A stretch of DNA of 64,000 nt, from positions 248,001 to 312,000 of the forward strand of contig JBBPEB010000023.1 of NCBI GenBank assembly GCA_039096225.1, in the 5' to 3' direction. The stretch is from Blastocystis sp. Blastoise (lineage: Eukaryota; Protista; Bigyra: Opalinata). The position numbers and the translations under genes are program-made. The notes beneath the pieces are model-generated. The model did not search any database, was not told where the DNA came from, and saw only the letters and a program-made list of their open reading frames with translations. Each line of letters opens with the position of its first letter. Position 1 is the first letter of the stretch. Of the stretch, positions 1-15,632 are shown piece by piece.

Positions 1-1221
1 CATGTATTTGACTTTGAATGATTTCAATCATATTTACAAAATTCTTTGTTTGATCATTATATATGTAATAATTGTATTTCTATTAATCAGTCAATTTGAT
101 TGAAATCAAATCAAATGTTACACTTTTTTGTCAAACTCATTTTGCCTAAAAAACATTTATTGTTTGATTTTAATATGAATCAATAGGGTTGACTTAATCA
201 TTTGAGTTTGATAGCATTTTCAGACTAAATATACAAATCAATTATTTTTTATTATGTATTTCTTTGAAAAACAATTATGTCAATAAATTATTTAAGAAAA
301 ATAAATCAGGATAAATATTAATATAAATCATTATATATATTTTAATACTACATGTATGCGATACTATAAGTCAAATTATATTTTTACCGTCAATACATTG
401 ATTTCAAATAAATCAATCAGAATACAAATATATTTTCTAATTATATTTTGTTGTTATTATTTCGAGTCACTCATGGATTGTAATAAAAATTCTAAAAATG
501 TCGGAAGTCTTTATCAGTATTTGGTTTATAACATATTTCGTTATTACAATAAAATGAAATGTTTAATATTAAAAAAGTATTGTTAATATAATCAATATAT
601 AAAAAAACATAGATTCATTTTGGTTTCAAGTTATATAACATATATTTACATATGTGGTTATAGTTTATTTATAGTCTAAAAAGTGAAAAAAAATATACTA
701 AAAAACTTATGTGTATAGAAGAATTTAACTATTATTGAAAGAAGGGATAATTAGCAAATTAATGTATGTGTTAATTATTTTTTAGTGGCAAAAAATATAA
801 CACAGAAATTTTAATGAAAGTCAAAAAAGTAAATTATAAGAAAAAGCAAATAAAAACTAGTGAATAAAAAAGATAGGATGCAAATAAATACCAATTCACC
901 AACAACAATATAATACAAATGAATATTAGTATTTATAGAAACTCACAATATATCACATTTTAGAATACTATAAGTTGTGATTGCTACTTTCAGTTATTTA
1001 ATCTAACTACATGATATACAATAGAGTTCTTTATAATAGCTTGAAAATAAGAGAAAAACGTATTAATTAAACAATATATTGATTACAACAATTAGTGAAG
1101 AGCAACAATAATTTATGTATAAATATAATTATGTCTATAAGAAAATATTATAAATAATCATAATTAAATAAATAAATAATTAATTAAATAAATAAATAAA
1201 TAATTATATAAATAAATAAAT

Positions 1222-1277
<56 letters not shown>

Positions 1278-1432
1278 AGCGATTAATTAGTAAAATAAAA
1301 AAAAAACGAATAAAATACTAGAGTGAATACATATCTAGAAAAGATATTTCTGCATAATTAACATAGTATTAAAAAAACTTCAGAGAGAAAAAAGATAGTT
1401 ATGTAATGTGTACAAAAAATAAAGAAATGTAA

Positions 1433-1473
<41 letters not shown>

Positions 1474-1702
1474 AAAATCTTTGAAAATGGAATAAGTAAA
1501 GACAAGAAAGATAAGAATTTAATAAAAAGAAACTAATAAAAGAAATAGTTAAAATAGAAAAATTCAAAAACAACTAGAAAACAAATAATAAAACAACAAA
1601 AACAACAAAAACAACAACAGCAAAGAATAATAGTATGAAAAATATATATTAATAATAATAATATATATGGTTCTTGCTAGTAGATTGATTGAATTACAGT
1701 AT

Positions 1703-3869
1703 TTAGAATGAGCTAATATTTGTATTATCTAAATAGTAAGGATCAGGAAGAATATTTTGCTTGATATCATAGGAAGGGAATACAGGAGGGGGACTAGAAT
1801 AAGGAGATACGTTCTCCATAAAGGTTGTTACACTGGAATAATAATTTGGATGAGGAGGAGGAGAAGAAGATATGGATATTTCTGAAGCACAAGTTGACTT
1901 TATATTAAAAGAATCATTATCATGATTAATGACATTCATGTGTTTTTCATTATAAATAGGCATTAGAGCTATATTAGGAATACTGGTATTGAGAGGTACA
2001 GGATCTATATGTTGATTATAATATTGCTCCATAGAATCAGGGGGTTTATTTACTATTATACCTATAGTATCAGTAGTATTATTATTAGTATCGATTGATT
2101 CATCTTGTGTTCTCTCGGTACTGTTCATATCATTGGTATCATTATATTCAGTAGTACTTGTATCTTTAGTAGATCTATACGAGATGAGGTCAATTGTGCT
2201 GTTAGGACATGCTCTCGTATCAGATGAAGAACCATAAGCGCGGGATGTGTGAAAGGTATTCATTCCTGCGTAGAAAGTTGCATTCAGAAGAAGGTCGTTA
2301 TTCTGTAGATCTTCTTTAGTGACATCATTCAATGGAATTAGTTCATGTACACGTATACTCTCCTCTTGAAGTGGTTTATCGATAGATGGAGTGTTTCCAG
2401 AAGTCTCTTCGAATAGAGGAGGAGGAGTCATGTATTTTGCATCATCAATATAATTATTTGAAGGATCAACTATGTTTGATGATACTTCTGAGGCTTCTTT
2501 AGTCTTACCTGTGATATCCTCAGTTCCAAGGTGTATATCTGTAGATATTCGAGTATTCAAGCTATTTATTGCATTTATTTGACTATTTATTAATAAATTA
2601 TCAAGAGGAGAAGAAGTAATACAGGTTGAAGGAGGAACTTCATTAAAAGAACTTGTAGAAGGCTCTGGATTGTACGGCGAAGAGGGACATAATGGAGTAA
2701 TAGAGGTATTTGACATATCTAAAGAATTCACTGGAATAGCCACTGAATTTAACGAATTGGTTGTGTCAGAGGTGACAGATGAAGTGACACTTGACTGGTC
2801 ATCATGTATAAATCCATATTGTTTATAGATAGGGTTGTATATATTAACATAGTAATCATAATAATATTTATATATATTATCACATTCTTTAGGAAGTTGG
2901 GGATGTTTCTTTTTTGACAAATCGACAATCGGAAAACTAAATTGATAATTCTGAATTTCGGCATCAATTATCTTATTGATATATATATTACTATTCTTTA
3001 TTATATCATTTCGTCTTTGCATGATTTCAGGCTATAGATATATATATAGTTATTATAATTATATAAAATAAATGAAAAACAAATAATAAATATAAATATA
3101 CAGTTATATAATTATGTAAAATAAATGAGAAACAAGTAATATATATATACATAGTATTCTTTTAGATCCTTTCTATAATTTGCGGAGAAATCTTTTCCAA
3201 GGCCTAGAATCTACAAAAGTAAGTATTCAATGATTTTATTTCTATTTATATACTCGACCAATGAGAGTGATTTTACATCCAGATATATACATAAATAACC
3301 ATACTTGAGTATCTTCATCAGTTAATGCATGATTACTAATATAATATAAATTAATATTAATATATATAAATATACTTGAAAGATAGAAAGTAAGATTCAC
3401 AATATTGTCTGCATAAATCATGATATTGACTGAATTCTTTTTTCATCCATCTATTTGTAATGTCCCATCCTTCTTTTGAAAACCCATTTTTTTTTATTGT
3501 TTCTGCTATCTTATCAACTACATCTTCTTCTGTTACCTAAATATATATGAACGATAAAGTATGATAATGTCACTTAATTCTATAAGAGAGAAATTTTGAT
3601 TAGATAAATTATTATTGTAAATATACACTTGACATCTTAGGAACATTCTCTGTATGATGATTTATAATATTGGGATAGTATTCGTAATCTGGAAATATTT
3701 TTTTGAAGACAAATAATATAAGAGGTATAATTCTCGCAGCTTCTCGTGCAAAATCGGGTATTGAACCCTTACGTAATATATCACGGTCAATTTTAATGAG
3801 ATTTGTCAACTCAAAGTGATCGATCTCAGTATTAGGCATTTGAGAGGAATCTTGGGTGTTCGGATCCAT
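1703..3869 (-). CDS. Hypothetical protein (about 5 exons) with a central HTH-like motif and a long Ser/Thr/Pro-rich disordered C-terminus
   Basis: ORF 3869-3612 splices in frame through GT-AG introns to exons reading VTEEDVVDK..., NHALTDEDTQVWLFMYISGCKITLIGR and ILGLGKDFSANYRKDLKEYY, then into the 439-aa ORF ending at TAA 1703. Confidence 0.65.
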
Positions 3870-4956
3870 TAACTAAAACTTTTCAGATAAGTTTGTGTTA
3901 AAAAATAGTAATCCGCATGCAATAAATGCTAAAGATATACTTGGGAATGAGGAGCTCTTTAAAGAATCATTCCACTTTGCTAAAATAATAACCGTGGGAA
4001 ATCCAATAAATGTTTTTGAAACTAGTTTTTTCATTTTAAAACTAGCGATCTGAAAAAAATTATGGAAATATTCCGATTTAAAAATTGAAACTATGACCAT
4101 TCAATTTGCATCTAGAATACTAGAAAAGATTGTAACTTCTGTTCCAGTCTTTGACTGATATAATTTCACGAAAAAATAATAAAAACCAACAATAGCCAAT
4201 CAATGCTAAGAATAATACGACTTTTGAAATGTCATTCATTTGATTTATTTCAATTTATTAAAAAAAAACTCTTTTTAAAATTCTTTAATGACTACAATAA
4301 TTAAATAAAGATAAAATATATATTTCTCTTATGATGAAAATTATCTTTTGAAAACATCATGAGTTTTTTTTAGTTATGGTAATCTTGAGAATTTATCATC
4401 TTATGTGATAAATAGCATTATTGTAATAAAATAAAAAGACATTATATGCTGAATAAAGCAAATCTTCAAGTTGATATGAATGATTGATTATGAAAGTGGT
4501 AATTGCAAGAAAACAATTGAAAAGAAATAATATTGAAGTTTGTATATATAAAACAATGAATTGGATAGAAAAATGGTTAGACATGCTCTAAATTTATTTA
4601 ATCGATGCTTTGAATCAGTGTAAAGAGACTTTATTCTATTGTTTCATCGTGAATACCCTAGTGATAATATCCCATATAATGCATTCTCTGGTTAAAATAT
4701 GGATTATTCGTTCAGATATACAAATAATAAGAAGTATAAAAAAATGATCTTTGAGTAAAGTGTTTTTTTTATGTTCTATATATCTGTTGTTTTATTCCTA
4801 CATTTTATATATAATATAAATAGAAGTGTGATGAATACATATATATTTTAATATATATATATATATAAATTTGTATATAAATAAATATATAATAACATAT
4901 ATACAATAATAATATATATATATATAAATTTATATATATAAATCAATAATAATAAT

Positions 4957-4961
<5 letters not shown>

Positions 4962-5042
<81 letters not shown>
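4962..5042. repeat. (TA)n microsatellite
   Basis: Uninterrupted TA run of about 80 bp. Confidence 0.95.
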
Positions 5043-5044
<2 letters not shown>

Positions 5045-6006
5045 CTGTGAATATATAAATATAGATAAAAAAATATATATATCTATAAAACTATTGATAT
5101 CTAGATTAATGTTAATAATCTCTCTCTCTCTATATATATATACTCTTCTTCTTATTTGTTTTTTACTAATGAATTAATAAGAATTCTTTTACTGTATATA
5201 AATATTGGTGAAATAGATATTAATTGTATATATATATTTTGATATATATATAATTCCTATTCTTTAATATTTGATGAAAAAATAAAAAGAATTTCATAGA
5301 GTCTTATACAAGTGAAGATTTTTGGTATTCCAACAATTCAATAACAATATGTATAATATTCAATTTAGTAGGAAATAACGATAAATACATTGACTAGTGA
5401 TAGGTGATTAGAGTTATATATAGATTTTTATCTTCATTATACACAAGACTCTATTTGAATAGTTACTATGACTCTATTAATATGTACAAAATTGTATTCT
5501 GAACAGGAATAGATACAATAACCGTGGATATTTGAATAATAAAGTGTTTATGATACTTACTAATGATTCGTTGCATATATACATGCTATTCCTAACTGAT
5601 AGGATATAAAAATAAAATTATCGAATGATATTAACATCTTTGACAACTTATCTATAGGATATACATGATAGTTTAGTATTTTTCTTTAGTTTGTTATCTA
5701 TCTAATGAAGAATAGAGAACCAGGATAGTTATATGTGTAACAGATTTAGGAATATGAATAATTTATTATATTATGTGTATCCTATATAGCTTATCAAACA
5801 CTCTTTATATACTAGAGTCTTCAATAGAATATACTAAAAAATCACTCTTTAATAAGAGTCGTAAGAGTATTTAAAATAAGTATATGATTAACAAAACTAA
5901 TAAAAATAGGAAAAACTAACAGAAAGACAATAAACATATATGCTAGAAAAAAATATATAAATTGAATTAAGATAAAGCTATGGATAATAAAAGAATTAAA
6001 ATGGTA

Positions 6007-7652
6007 TTAAACATTTTGAAGATACGCGGTATTGAGAACCGCGAAACCAGCACAAACACCTCCTTCCATAGATTCACTACTCTATATATATTAATATAAT
6101 ATAATAAGAATAGAATATTAGTATAATAATAGAGTATATAGTTACTTTTGTTTTAAAGAGATGTCCCACAATATTATCTTTGTAATAAGACCCTCCAATC
6201 ACATAACTATATACACCAAACTCACTATATATATAGAACAATAGAACAAGAAATCAAAGAGAGAAATAATCACGATTCTATATATATATATATATATATA
6301 CTGAATAGATTGATGTTCTGACGCTTCTCCTTCGACCACGTGTATAGCTGGGTATTCAGCAGCTTTGATTCGTTGCATCAGAATTAATCCCCCTAATCCT
6401 CCTTCAACACCCATCTCTCCCTTAAGAACCGCGGGAATATTCTTTCCCCAAATTAAATTACCTCCTCCTTCTCGTTGAGGTTTAAGAACATAATCATCAG
6501 GATATTCTATTGCATCTTTAACAGCTCTCTTTGTATCTATATCTGTAGAGAGAGGATTCCATATTCCCGCGAAACAGGAACGAAGTTGCGCGGCTTCTTT
6601 GGAGGGAAGGAATCGTTCAACCGTACCTGGTTCTGTGAGTGCTTGTTGAATACATTTCATTCCTGTAAGTTGAAGGAATACATTTGGACATTTAATGGCT
6701 CTAGATACTTCGATATCTTCACGAACACGAAGTAATTCAGGCGTATTCAGATCGTCTGGATTATAACAGCTTCTAAAGTAGACGAGAGCAACTTCTTGAG
6801 ATCGAGTGTGTGTATTGTCATCATATATATATAACGTTCCTTCTTTAATATACATATCTGTTAATAATTCATCTACAGTCTTATATACACAAGGCACGTG
6901 ATAGTGTTCCTGAATATAACTGCTCAAATTATATTGGTCAACTCCATTCGTCTCCGATTTCTGCACACAGAACATAACAACAGGGTTTGTGGTAGTTGGT
7001 TTATAGAGATGGAATGCTTCAACGATTCCTTGTGCAGATATTTGGAGGGTATTATTGGCGGGAAGATGTGAAGAAATATCTTCTGTATGAGTGAGTTTAT
7101 AGTATTGTTGAACTGAGGGATAGAGATCTATATTATTCTTAAGGACTTCTTTTTGTAAATTTGATATTCCCTCCATGACTCCAGGGAAGGAACAAGAAAC
7201 AGTATTTAATTCAATTTGTAATAACTGTTGTTGATGTTGAGAATCTTCATTAATCATATAATCTGATCTTAAAAGACCGAGTGTGATTGGCTGATAATAA
7301 AAACTTTTATAAGCCTTGTCAGCAATCTCAAGTAGAGAATTCACAAATGGATCCGAACAACTATTATGAATAAAAAGAATACAAAAAAAAAGACATACTT
7401 CTTTAAAACTTTAAGCATCCATTCTCTTTCATCACACATATTAATCACCAAACGATCAAATAATCTTGAATACATAAGTGAGTCTTCATAAAGTTGTTTT
7501 GACATAGGAACAGGAAGAAGGGCAAATGGCATGTTTGTATAATAAACCTTATGGTTAAAAACGTTTCCATGAAGAACACCATGAGACATAGCATAATGAA
7601 CTGCCTCTTTTCTCATTTTCTCCATAGCTTGTTGATCTATATGTCCTTGCAT
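6007..7652 (-). CDS. GSS: Glutathione synthetase, eukaryotic type (4 exons)
   Basis: Motifs LGLLRSDYM, QIELNTVSCSF, VYFRSCY, YVLKPQREGGGN, ILMQRI; spliced C-terminus HEFGVYS...GHLFKTK|SSESMEGGVCAGFAVLNTAYLQNV*. Confidence 0.95.
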
Positions 7653-9327
7653 TTTTATAACTTCAATCTTTTTATTAAATAAATATATATAATTGATAAA
7701 AATAATGAATATTATCAATTAAAGTGGTCATATGAATTAATTGGGTTACTTATGATAAATTCTTTATTTGATTGGTCGAACAAATATTCTTTTTTTTATA
7801 GAAAAATTTCTGAATCAATTTTTCTATTTATTTCTTCCATGAAGTATTTTTAGAAAAAATGGAAATTTTAAATCGAAGCACTGTAAATCGATTATTCTCT
7901 ACAGGAATCTCAGACAACTGAAAAATATTCAGTCTCATTTTGGTTCTTCTGTTTTTTTTTCTTTTTTTTTTTTGATTCCTTGTTAATAATGAGAATAAAT
8001 CAGTGTTTAGAGTATGTGGAACTTTAAGATATCTCCTAGTATATGTGAAAAACTTGAAATGAAGGGTTTTAATGATTATTTTCTCTTTGGAATGATGAAA
8101 TAAAAGCTCAAATATGTAATTGAATTCATATATAACTATCATACAAGTTGCTCATATATCTACACAGTGTTCTTCTAATGGAGACTACTTTTTTTTTAAC
8201 AATTTTTTCCATATCCGAATTTGTTAGATATATTGTATTAATGAAAACAGTGTATATTAATAAATAAAAAAAAAATAAAATAAAGAAAAGCTGTGAAGAA
8301 ATTTAACATTTTAAAAACTAAAAATTGAATAATCCATAATTGAATGTGTAGAAATGATATGTAACCCTCAGAAAGAATTCAAAGTGAAGTAACTGATAAA
8401 AACAAACATATAAATGAGTTCACTTATGGCTTTTTTATTAAAAAAACTTTAAATAAAAGTACTAATATATGATGTATGAAGTATTCTCTTATAAAACATT
8501 TTTTTAATATTTTTTATAATTGAATATAGAATTTTAAAGCATTAATATTAAAGATGTAGATATATCCAACTTGATTTCTTTTTATTATTATATTTAGATA
8601 TTATGAAAAGAAATCTCTATATATATGTATCCCAAAGAAGCATATTTCTTTAATTTTTCATGTCAAAAGTAGAATAATGGTGCTGATGAATTATTATTTG
8701 AGAGTATGATCATTAACTGTATTCTAACTAGTATAGAAAGTTGTGATATTCACATATACAGTGAAAAACAATAATCACACAATTACTGGTTTAGATATTG
8801 ACAATATATTATTAACTAAATAGGAAACTAAAGAAATAAACGAATGAGAAACTTATGGATTGAATTATTATGGAAACAAAGTGAAAATAGTATCAATTAA
8901 TCATCTAATGAAAAACAACTATATTTGCTAAAAAGTAGCTGAATACTATTTTCTAACAAGTGGAAAAGCAAAAACAATAAAATAATTATATGGAATAGTC
9001 ATATGAATATCAAAGTCAATAAAAAATTAAAGCCAGAACATGTATATTGTTTTATTGTGGAAACACCCAATGAAATCTCGTTATTTATCAAAATAGTCAT
9101 ATGCTTTTCTTTTCTTTTATCAAATAGTCCTTTTTTTAAAGAACAAGAAAAGGAAAATTTATATCTTTTGAATTGTATTCTATCAACTATAATGAAATTA
9201 GCAATTAATAGTGATTATTTAAAAAATAAAATACTTGATAGATTTTTTTTTTGTCTTTGTTTCTTTTCTTTATTTCTGTTAAAAAAGAAAATATTTATAT
9301 ATTTATTTATATATAAATTAGAAAGAC

Positions 9328-12300
9328 ATGGATAGAGCTCCAAGTATTTTAAAGAAATCATTTCCAGACTCCTCAGGAAGTGTTTCCATTTCACCAGATT
9401 CGAGAATTTTTTCCCATTTGAAAGATTTGATTCAAAACCATAATTGCGGTAAAATATACGTTTTACAAAAATCTCTATTGAATAAGAATGTATATACTTA
9501 ATTGGATCAATTCCATTTCATTGTTTTCACTATACTCAATATATTCCATATTTTTTTAGATATTATCAGATCCTAAATATGTATGGATTGAACAAAATAC
9601 ATTCTATTATGCTGATGATGAAACGAAGAAGAATATAAAGTAATTATCTTATTTGTTATGTTATTAAGATTTTATACTTTTTCAATAGTTATGATTATAT
9701 TATTCATTAAAACATACTAAGAGCAAATTATTATTAGGTCTTTTATCATTCCTGATGTGATTATTACAAATCCTTCAACTTCATTTCCTCAAACAATACC
9801 CAACACGATGGCTATGGATGTTCAAGTAGAGAAATACAAAAGTATTATTCTTGTAGCCGATACAAAAGACAAACAATCTGTGTCTATTTTTGAAAGAGTA
9901 ATATATATATATATATATATAATAATTATTTTATTTATTATTGTATAGATCTATAAATTAAATTTAAAATTCAAAACTGCATTAGGAATACCTTCATCTT
10001 CAGACTCTCTAAATCTTAAGTAATTTATATTCTTCATATTAATAATAAATGTTATGAAATCTACTCTATATTATCATTATATAAATATATATATATATAT
10101 ATAGATATATAAAATGCTTGGATGATTTGGATATCCCAGAAAATAAACGAGGAACATTAGTCTTAAATACTTCTCAAGAACGAAAATGGGATGTTATCAA
10201 ATCATTAATGCAAAATACTGTTTCTGATGACGAATCTATTGTCGACGCATGTATAGAACTCTTACAAGAGGTATGTAGTATATTATCTTACTTTCTTTTT
10301 ATATATAAGTTTCATCTTTCTTATCCATTATTTACTTTTTATTCTTATTCTTATTAATATATTTTATAAGATAATATCAATAATTCTTTAGCCATACATT
10401 CTATTGGATAATATTAAAGAGATTCAAGTACTTCTAAGGACTAAGGGACGTTCTATGCATAATAAATTCATGAATAGAAATGGACTGGATCTTCTTTGTA
10501 AAGTATAATTATATATTGGATTCTATGTTTTTTATTATAATAAAAAAGTTATTCTTTCTCTATTTCACATAGAAAACTTTGATATTTTAAATTCTATTTC
10601 TATATATATATAGCATATAAATACACTTATCCAATTTGATAATACTGTTCTCTCTTTTTATAAAAGTGAATCTATCACTTTATCTGTATTGAATCAATGC
10701 TTACTATGTATTAAAGATATAATGAATATTAAAACAGGAATGGATGCAATTCTTGAGACATCTGAAACTATTTATTTGCTAGTTACTTGTATGAATACAA
10801 TTGATCCTCTTATTCTGAATACTCTTTTTGAAATTCTAAGTGTAGTTTGTTTTTATTCATATGAGGGACATCTCTTAGTTATACAAGCATTCGATAAATA
10901 TTCTTATGCTACAAAAGAATCTATTCGATATGAAACACTTGTAGGTCTATTAGCTATTTCAAAAACTCCTGATTATTCTACACAAATACTATCGTTTATC
11001 AATATTTTTGTCAACGCATGTACTAGTATTGATGACCGTATGAACGTATATATATATATATATATATAGTTACTTTATCTTTTTTATTTCATCTAGTATT
11101 AATACTCTATTGTTCTAGATGCGTCGTGATTTACTTCAAAATGATATTCTATTGGTCTGTAGCCAGCTTCTTACTGAAGATTCCAAACATGATGATGATT
11201 TTATCTATCAATATAACAGTTTTCTGGATCAAATGTCGAAAGACAAAGATTTATCGATGTCTGAAACTGTTAACATGACATCAGCTAAGGATTTATGCAG
11301 TATATAGCTCTTCTATCACACATAATAATATTTATATATGTATTCTCCATGTTTTTCATTATTATTCTATATCCTATCTACCAAACATTCAACACTTATT
11401 AAAAAACTTATTATTTCTAATAGTATTTGCTTTCATATATTATCATTACGTTCTCTTTAGCATACTTGGAGAATAGTATATCTCATACCTATAATGAATC
11501 TCTATATATATCGCTTCTTCGATCTCTTATTTATATACCTGAAGACAAAGATATTGGAGGCTGTATATGGAAATCATTAAATATATGTATTAACTCATTA
11601 TTGAAAAATATTTATATTATCAATAAAGAAGAACCATTTGAAGTCGATATTGAACTACTTAAAGTATATATATATATATAGTTTTATTAATAAAATAATT
11701 ACTTATATTTGAAAAAGAATCATTCTTGTATTATTTTTAAACAATAACTCATGAATCTTAAATATTTCTTATATATACTATTTACTGTAATCAATCTTTA
11801 TAAACCTATGATATGCATGATTTTCTAAAAATATATTTATATAGAGTCTGAATGAACAGAGAGAATTATTTATTACACGAATAAAACGAATTGAAGAACA
11901 AGATTCCATTATCTATCGACAAAAACATAAAATTGAGCAACAAGAACAAACAATTAATAATGTATATATATATATGGTGTTTAATATATATCTTTATTCT
12001 ACATGATACTTTTCATTTTTAATTCTGAATTATATGTATTTTATATTTGTCATATATAAACAAAATATATCTTAAAATATTGAATCTTTTTTTAATCAAT
12101 ATTTTTTTGATATTCATTTATATAGCTGAAGAAGTCTCAGGAATGGTATAGTAATCAAGTATATTCTCTGTTTTCTTCTTTGAATAAATATGTATCGATA
12201 AAAGATTTATCAAAAGATCCTGATTTAGGTCCTTATTATATAGAAATGATGAGTGGAACCTTAAAACAAGATATTCAAAAGAGAATTGATGATAATCATA

Positions 12301-14247
12301 TTCAAAACATTGATTTGAATTTACCACTTTATTCTATAAAATCACTACATATACCTTCTCCTTCTTCTACTGTTTCTCCATCTCCTCCTCCTCCTTCTTC
12401 TTCTTCTTCAAGAATATCCAGAACAAATATAAATAGTATTCCACAAGAGACTGAGCGTCATTCTGACAGACGCAGCAGTATATCATCCCATACATCTCAT
12501 AGAAGAGCTACTAACTCAATTTCCCAAAATACAAACAATCAATCATCCACTTTAAATAACTCTATTCTGGTTTCTCCATCTTCATCTTTATCATCATCTT
12601 CATCATCCGGAACAACAAAGATACCAGCTATTTATAAAAGATTCTTCAAGTTAAAGAAGGTGAAAGTAGATATTGAGACTATTAAACAGAATATGATACG
12701 AGATCATTTAGATCCATCTATCATAGATATTCCAAATCCAATATTTGAAGATGAAGATTCCAATCAACAATCTATTAGTAATTCTCCTACAACACAAATA
12801 AATTCTTCTCCAATAGCTATGTTACAAAATAAAAATATTAATCTTCCTCGATCTCCTTTAGCAGGGTTACAATTACCAACAAGAAAACCAAGTCTTTTGT
12901 CATCTATCAATAACAAATCATCTAATTCAAATACTCCTAACATATCTTCTTCAACTTCTATTTCTAATTCTCCAACACAGACTATATCATCATCTTCTTC
13001 TATTATCACTTCTAGACCAATTAATGTATCTAGTGCTTATCCATTTCCTATTCCTGAAGTAACACAAGATACAGAAATGTACTATGAAAAAGCATATCGT
13101 ACTTTTAAATTAGGATGTATTGATATGGAACATCTTTTGATTAAAATAGAAAATGAAAATATGGATACATTTGTATTTCGTCGTTATGTAATGAAAAAGA
13201 ATTTTATATTCCATTATTACTCTGAAAAAGAAAAGAAACGAATAGAAATGGTAATGAAGAAACCCTATAAGTCAATAATTCTCCATGAATCTCCTCCTCC
13301 TCTTCCTCCTACAGGGGAAACATCTACAACTTCTTCCATTCCTATACGTAATGATATAAAAAATATATCTTCTCCAATAAGCCGATCTCCTATCCAATTA
13401 CCATCACGTGATGGTTCCCAACTTCATCCCTCACAATTGAACTCCTCTTCGAATGGTATTGTGAACACTCTTGAAATCGAAAAAAAGATTCCTCCTGTCC
13501 TTCCTGATCCACCTAAAGAGAATCCAAAACCTCCAGTTCCTTTAAAGTCTTTATATTGGGAAAAGATCACAGGTGAAGCATTAAGAAAAAGTATATGGAT
13601 ATCTATAAATGATGCATCTATAGTATTTAATAAAACAATCATTCAACAATTATTTGTGAAGAATGATAAACCTAAAGTAGTTCTACAAGAAAAGAAGGAA
13701 AAGGAAGAAGAAGAGATTTGTTTGACTGATCCAAAGAGACAACGGAATGTAGGTTTAATTCTAGTAAGATATCGATATACACCTGAACAACTAAAAGACT
13801 TAATTATTTGTGGAGATTTCACAGTTCTAGGGAAAGAATTTCTTGGTATTTTAGAAGGAATCATGCCTACAGAAGAAGAAAAGAGTATAGTTCAAAATTA
13901 TCAAGGAGATTTATCGAAATTAAGTAAGGTTGATCAATTCTTTCTTTGTATGAGTAGTATTACATATTTAAAGATGAGATTTGAATATTATCAACTGAGT
14001 ATTGGTTGGAAAGAAGTAGAAGAAGATATTACAAATAAATTTAAGGGTTTTTATGACTGTCTTCTTCTTTGTAAAGATAGTAATATATTAAAGATGTTCC
14101 TAACGGTTGTTCTTGCTGTAGGAAATTATTTGAATGGTATACATATGTTTATTACGTTTTTATATTCTTTATACTCTCTGTAACTTTATTTTTTGTTTGA
14201 AATATACATATATATATACTCATTCTTAGATTTATTATATTTGAATG

Positions 14248-14281
<34 letters not shown>

Positions 14282-15632
14282 AGGAAGTCCTCGAGGTGGT
14301 GCTTGGGGTTACCAGTTGAATATATTGATAAAATTGAAGGATACGAAGACTAATGATAATAAATCATCGCTATTACAGTATATATATATACAACATATAT
14401 TATTTTTCTTTATATATATATCATAAATCTATTATAATAATACATTCTTGTAGTTATATTCTTCAATTATGTCAAGTACAATATCCTGATCTTCTCTCTC
14501 TTCCTACCCAACTTGCTGTATTTACATCCATACACGGAATGTCCTATAATCAAGTTCTTCAGGAATGGAAACAATTAGAACAAAAGTTATTACGTATTAA
14601 AAAGATGACTTCGATTAAACCCATGAATGATAAAGATAGATATATTACTCTCTCTATATATAATAAATTATGGATATAACAACAGAAATTTATATATATA
14701 TATAATGAAACTATTGCTTCACTTTATGTTTATAGATATATCTCTATATTAAAGGAACTGGAGACGTCTTATGACCATTTGAAGCCAATAATAGATAATT
14801 ATCAGAAGGAAATACAGTCTTTATATTCAGGAGTGTGTACTATGTTTAGTATGTACTTGATATTCTTCTATTACTTATAATGAAATAATATATAACACAT
14901 TATATCTATATATAGATAATAAGCCTTCTACTCCAATAGAAGATTTCTTGAATATCTTCTATGAACTGGCCAATCAAATTAAATATACATTGATAGATAT
15001 TGACCGAAAACGTGTTCTTGAAGAAAAGGTAAACATATATATTTGTATATATTCTATTTAATACATATGTATAGGCAAAGAAAGCGTATTTGAAGAATGC
15101 TCATGGTTCCTCTGTGATATCATCTACTTCTACAACTATTGGTAGTCCTGAAAAACAGATTAATAAGGAAATTAAAGAAGTACAAAATAATGAGGAAATA
15201 TTCGATAAATATAAATCTCTTCATCATAAGGTGAATCAGAATGATGTATATAATATAATATATAATATATAATATATAATATATAATATATAATATATAA
15301 TATATAATATATAATATATAATATATAATATATAATATATAATATATAATATATAATATATAATATATAATATATAATATATAATATATAATATATAATA
15401 TATAATATATAATATATAATATATAATATATAATATATAATATATATAGTTGGTTGAGACCCTTCGTACGAATCACGTGCAAACCACATTAAATAAGTAT
15501 ATGGATACCATGCATTCTCGCAAAGTATCATCAGTTACATCTATTAATAATAATACCATTCGCGAATATAAACGTCAGAATGTACGATTACAAAGTGTAC
15601 GAAACATTAATACTCTCTTAAATCAACATTAA
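9328..15632 (+). CDS. Diaphanous-related formin: PH-like N-terminus, GBD/FH3, weak FH1, FH2 (multi-exon; start codon uncertain)
   Basis: GBD-like LDDLDIPENKR...QERKWDVIK; FH3-like ILSFINIFVN...DDRMNMRRDL; FH2 motifs PLKSLYWEKI, LTDPKRQRNVGL, VLAVGNYLN|GGSPRGGAWGYQL, LKDTKTNDNKSSLL; exons join in frame to TAA 15632. Confidence 0.9.
15246..15449 (+). repeat. (AATATAT)n heptamer tandem repeat making up almost an entire formin intron
   Basis: GT at 15246, about 200 bp of AATATAT units, AG at 15449. Confidence 0.9.

Noticed and set aside
1-1700. Short ORFs here and in other AT-rich spacers (e.g. 4396-4584, 19006-19362, 57642-59318)
   Set aside because: Ile/Tyr/Phe-rich translations of microsatellite and intergenic DNA with no exon-like composition.
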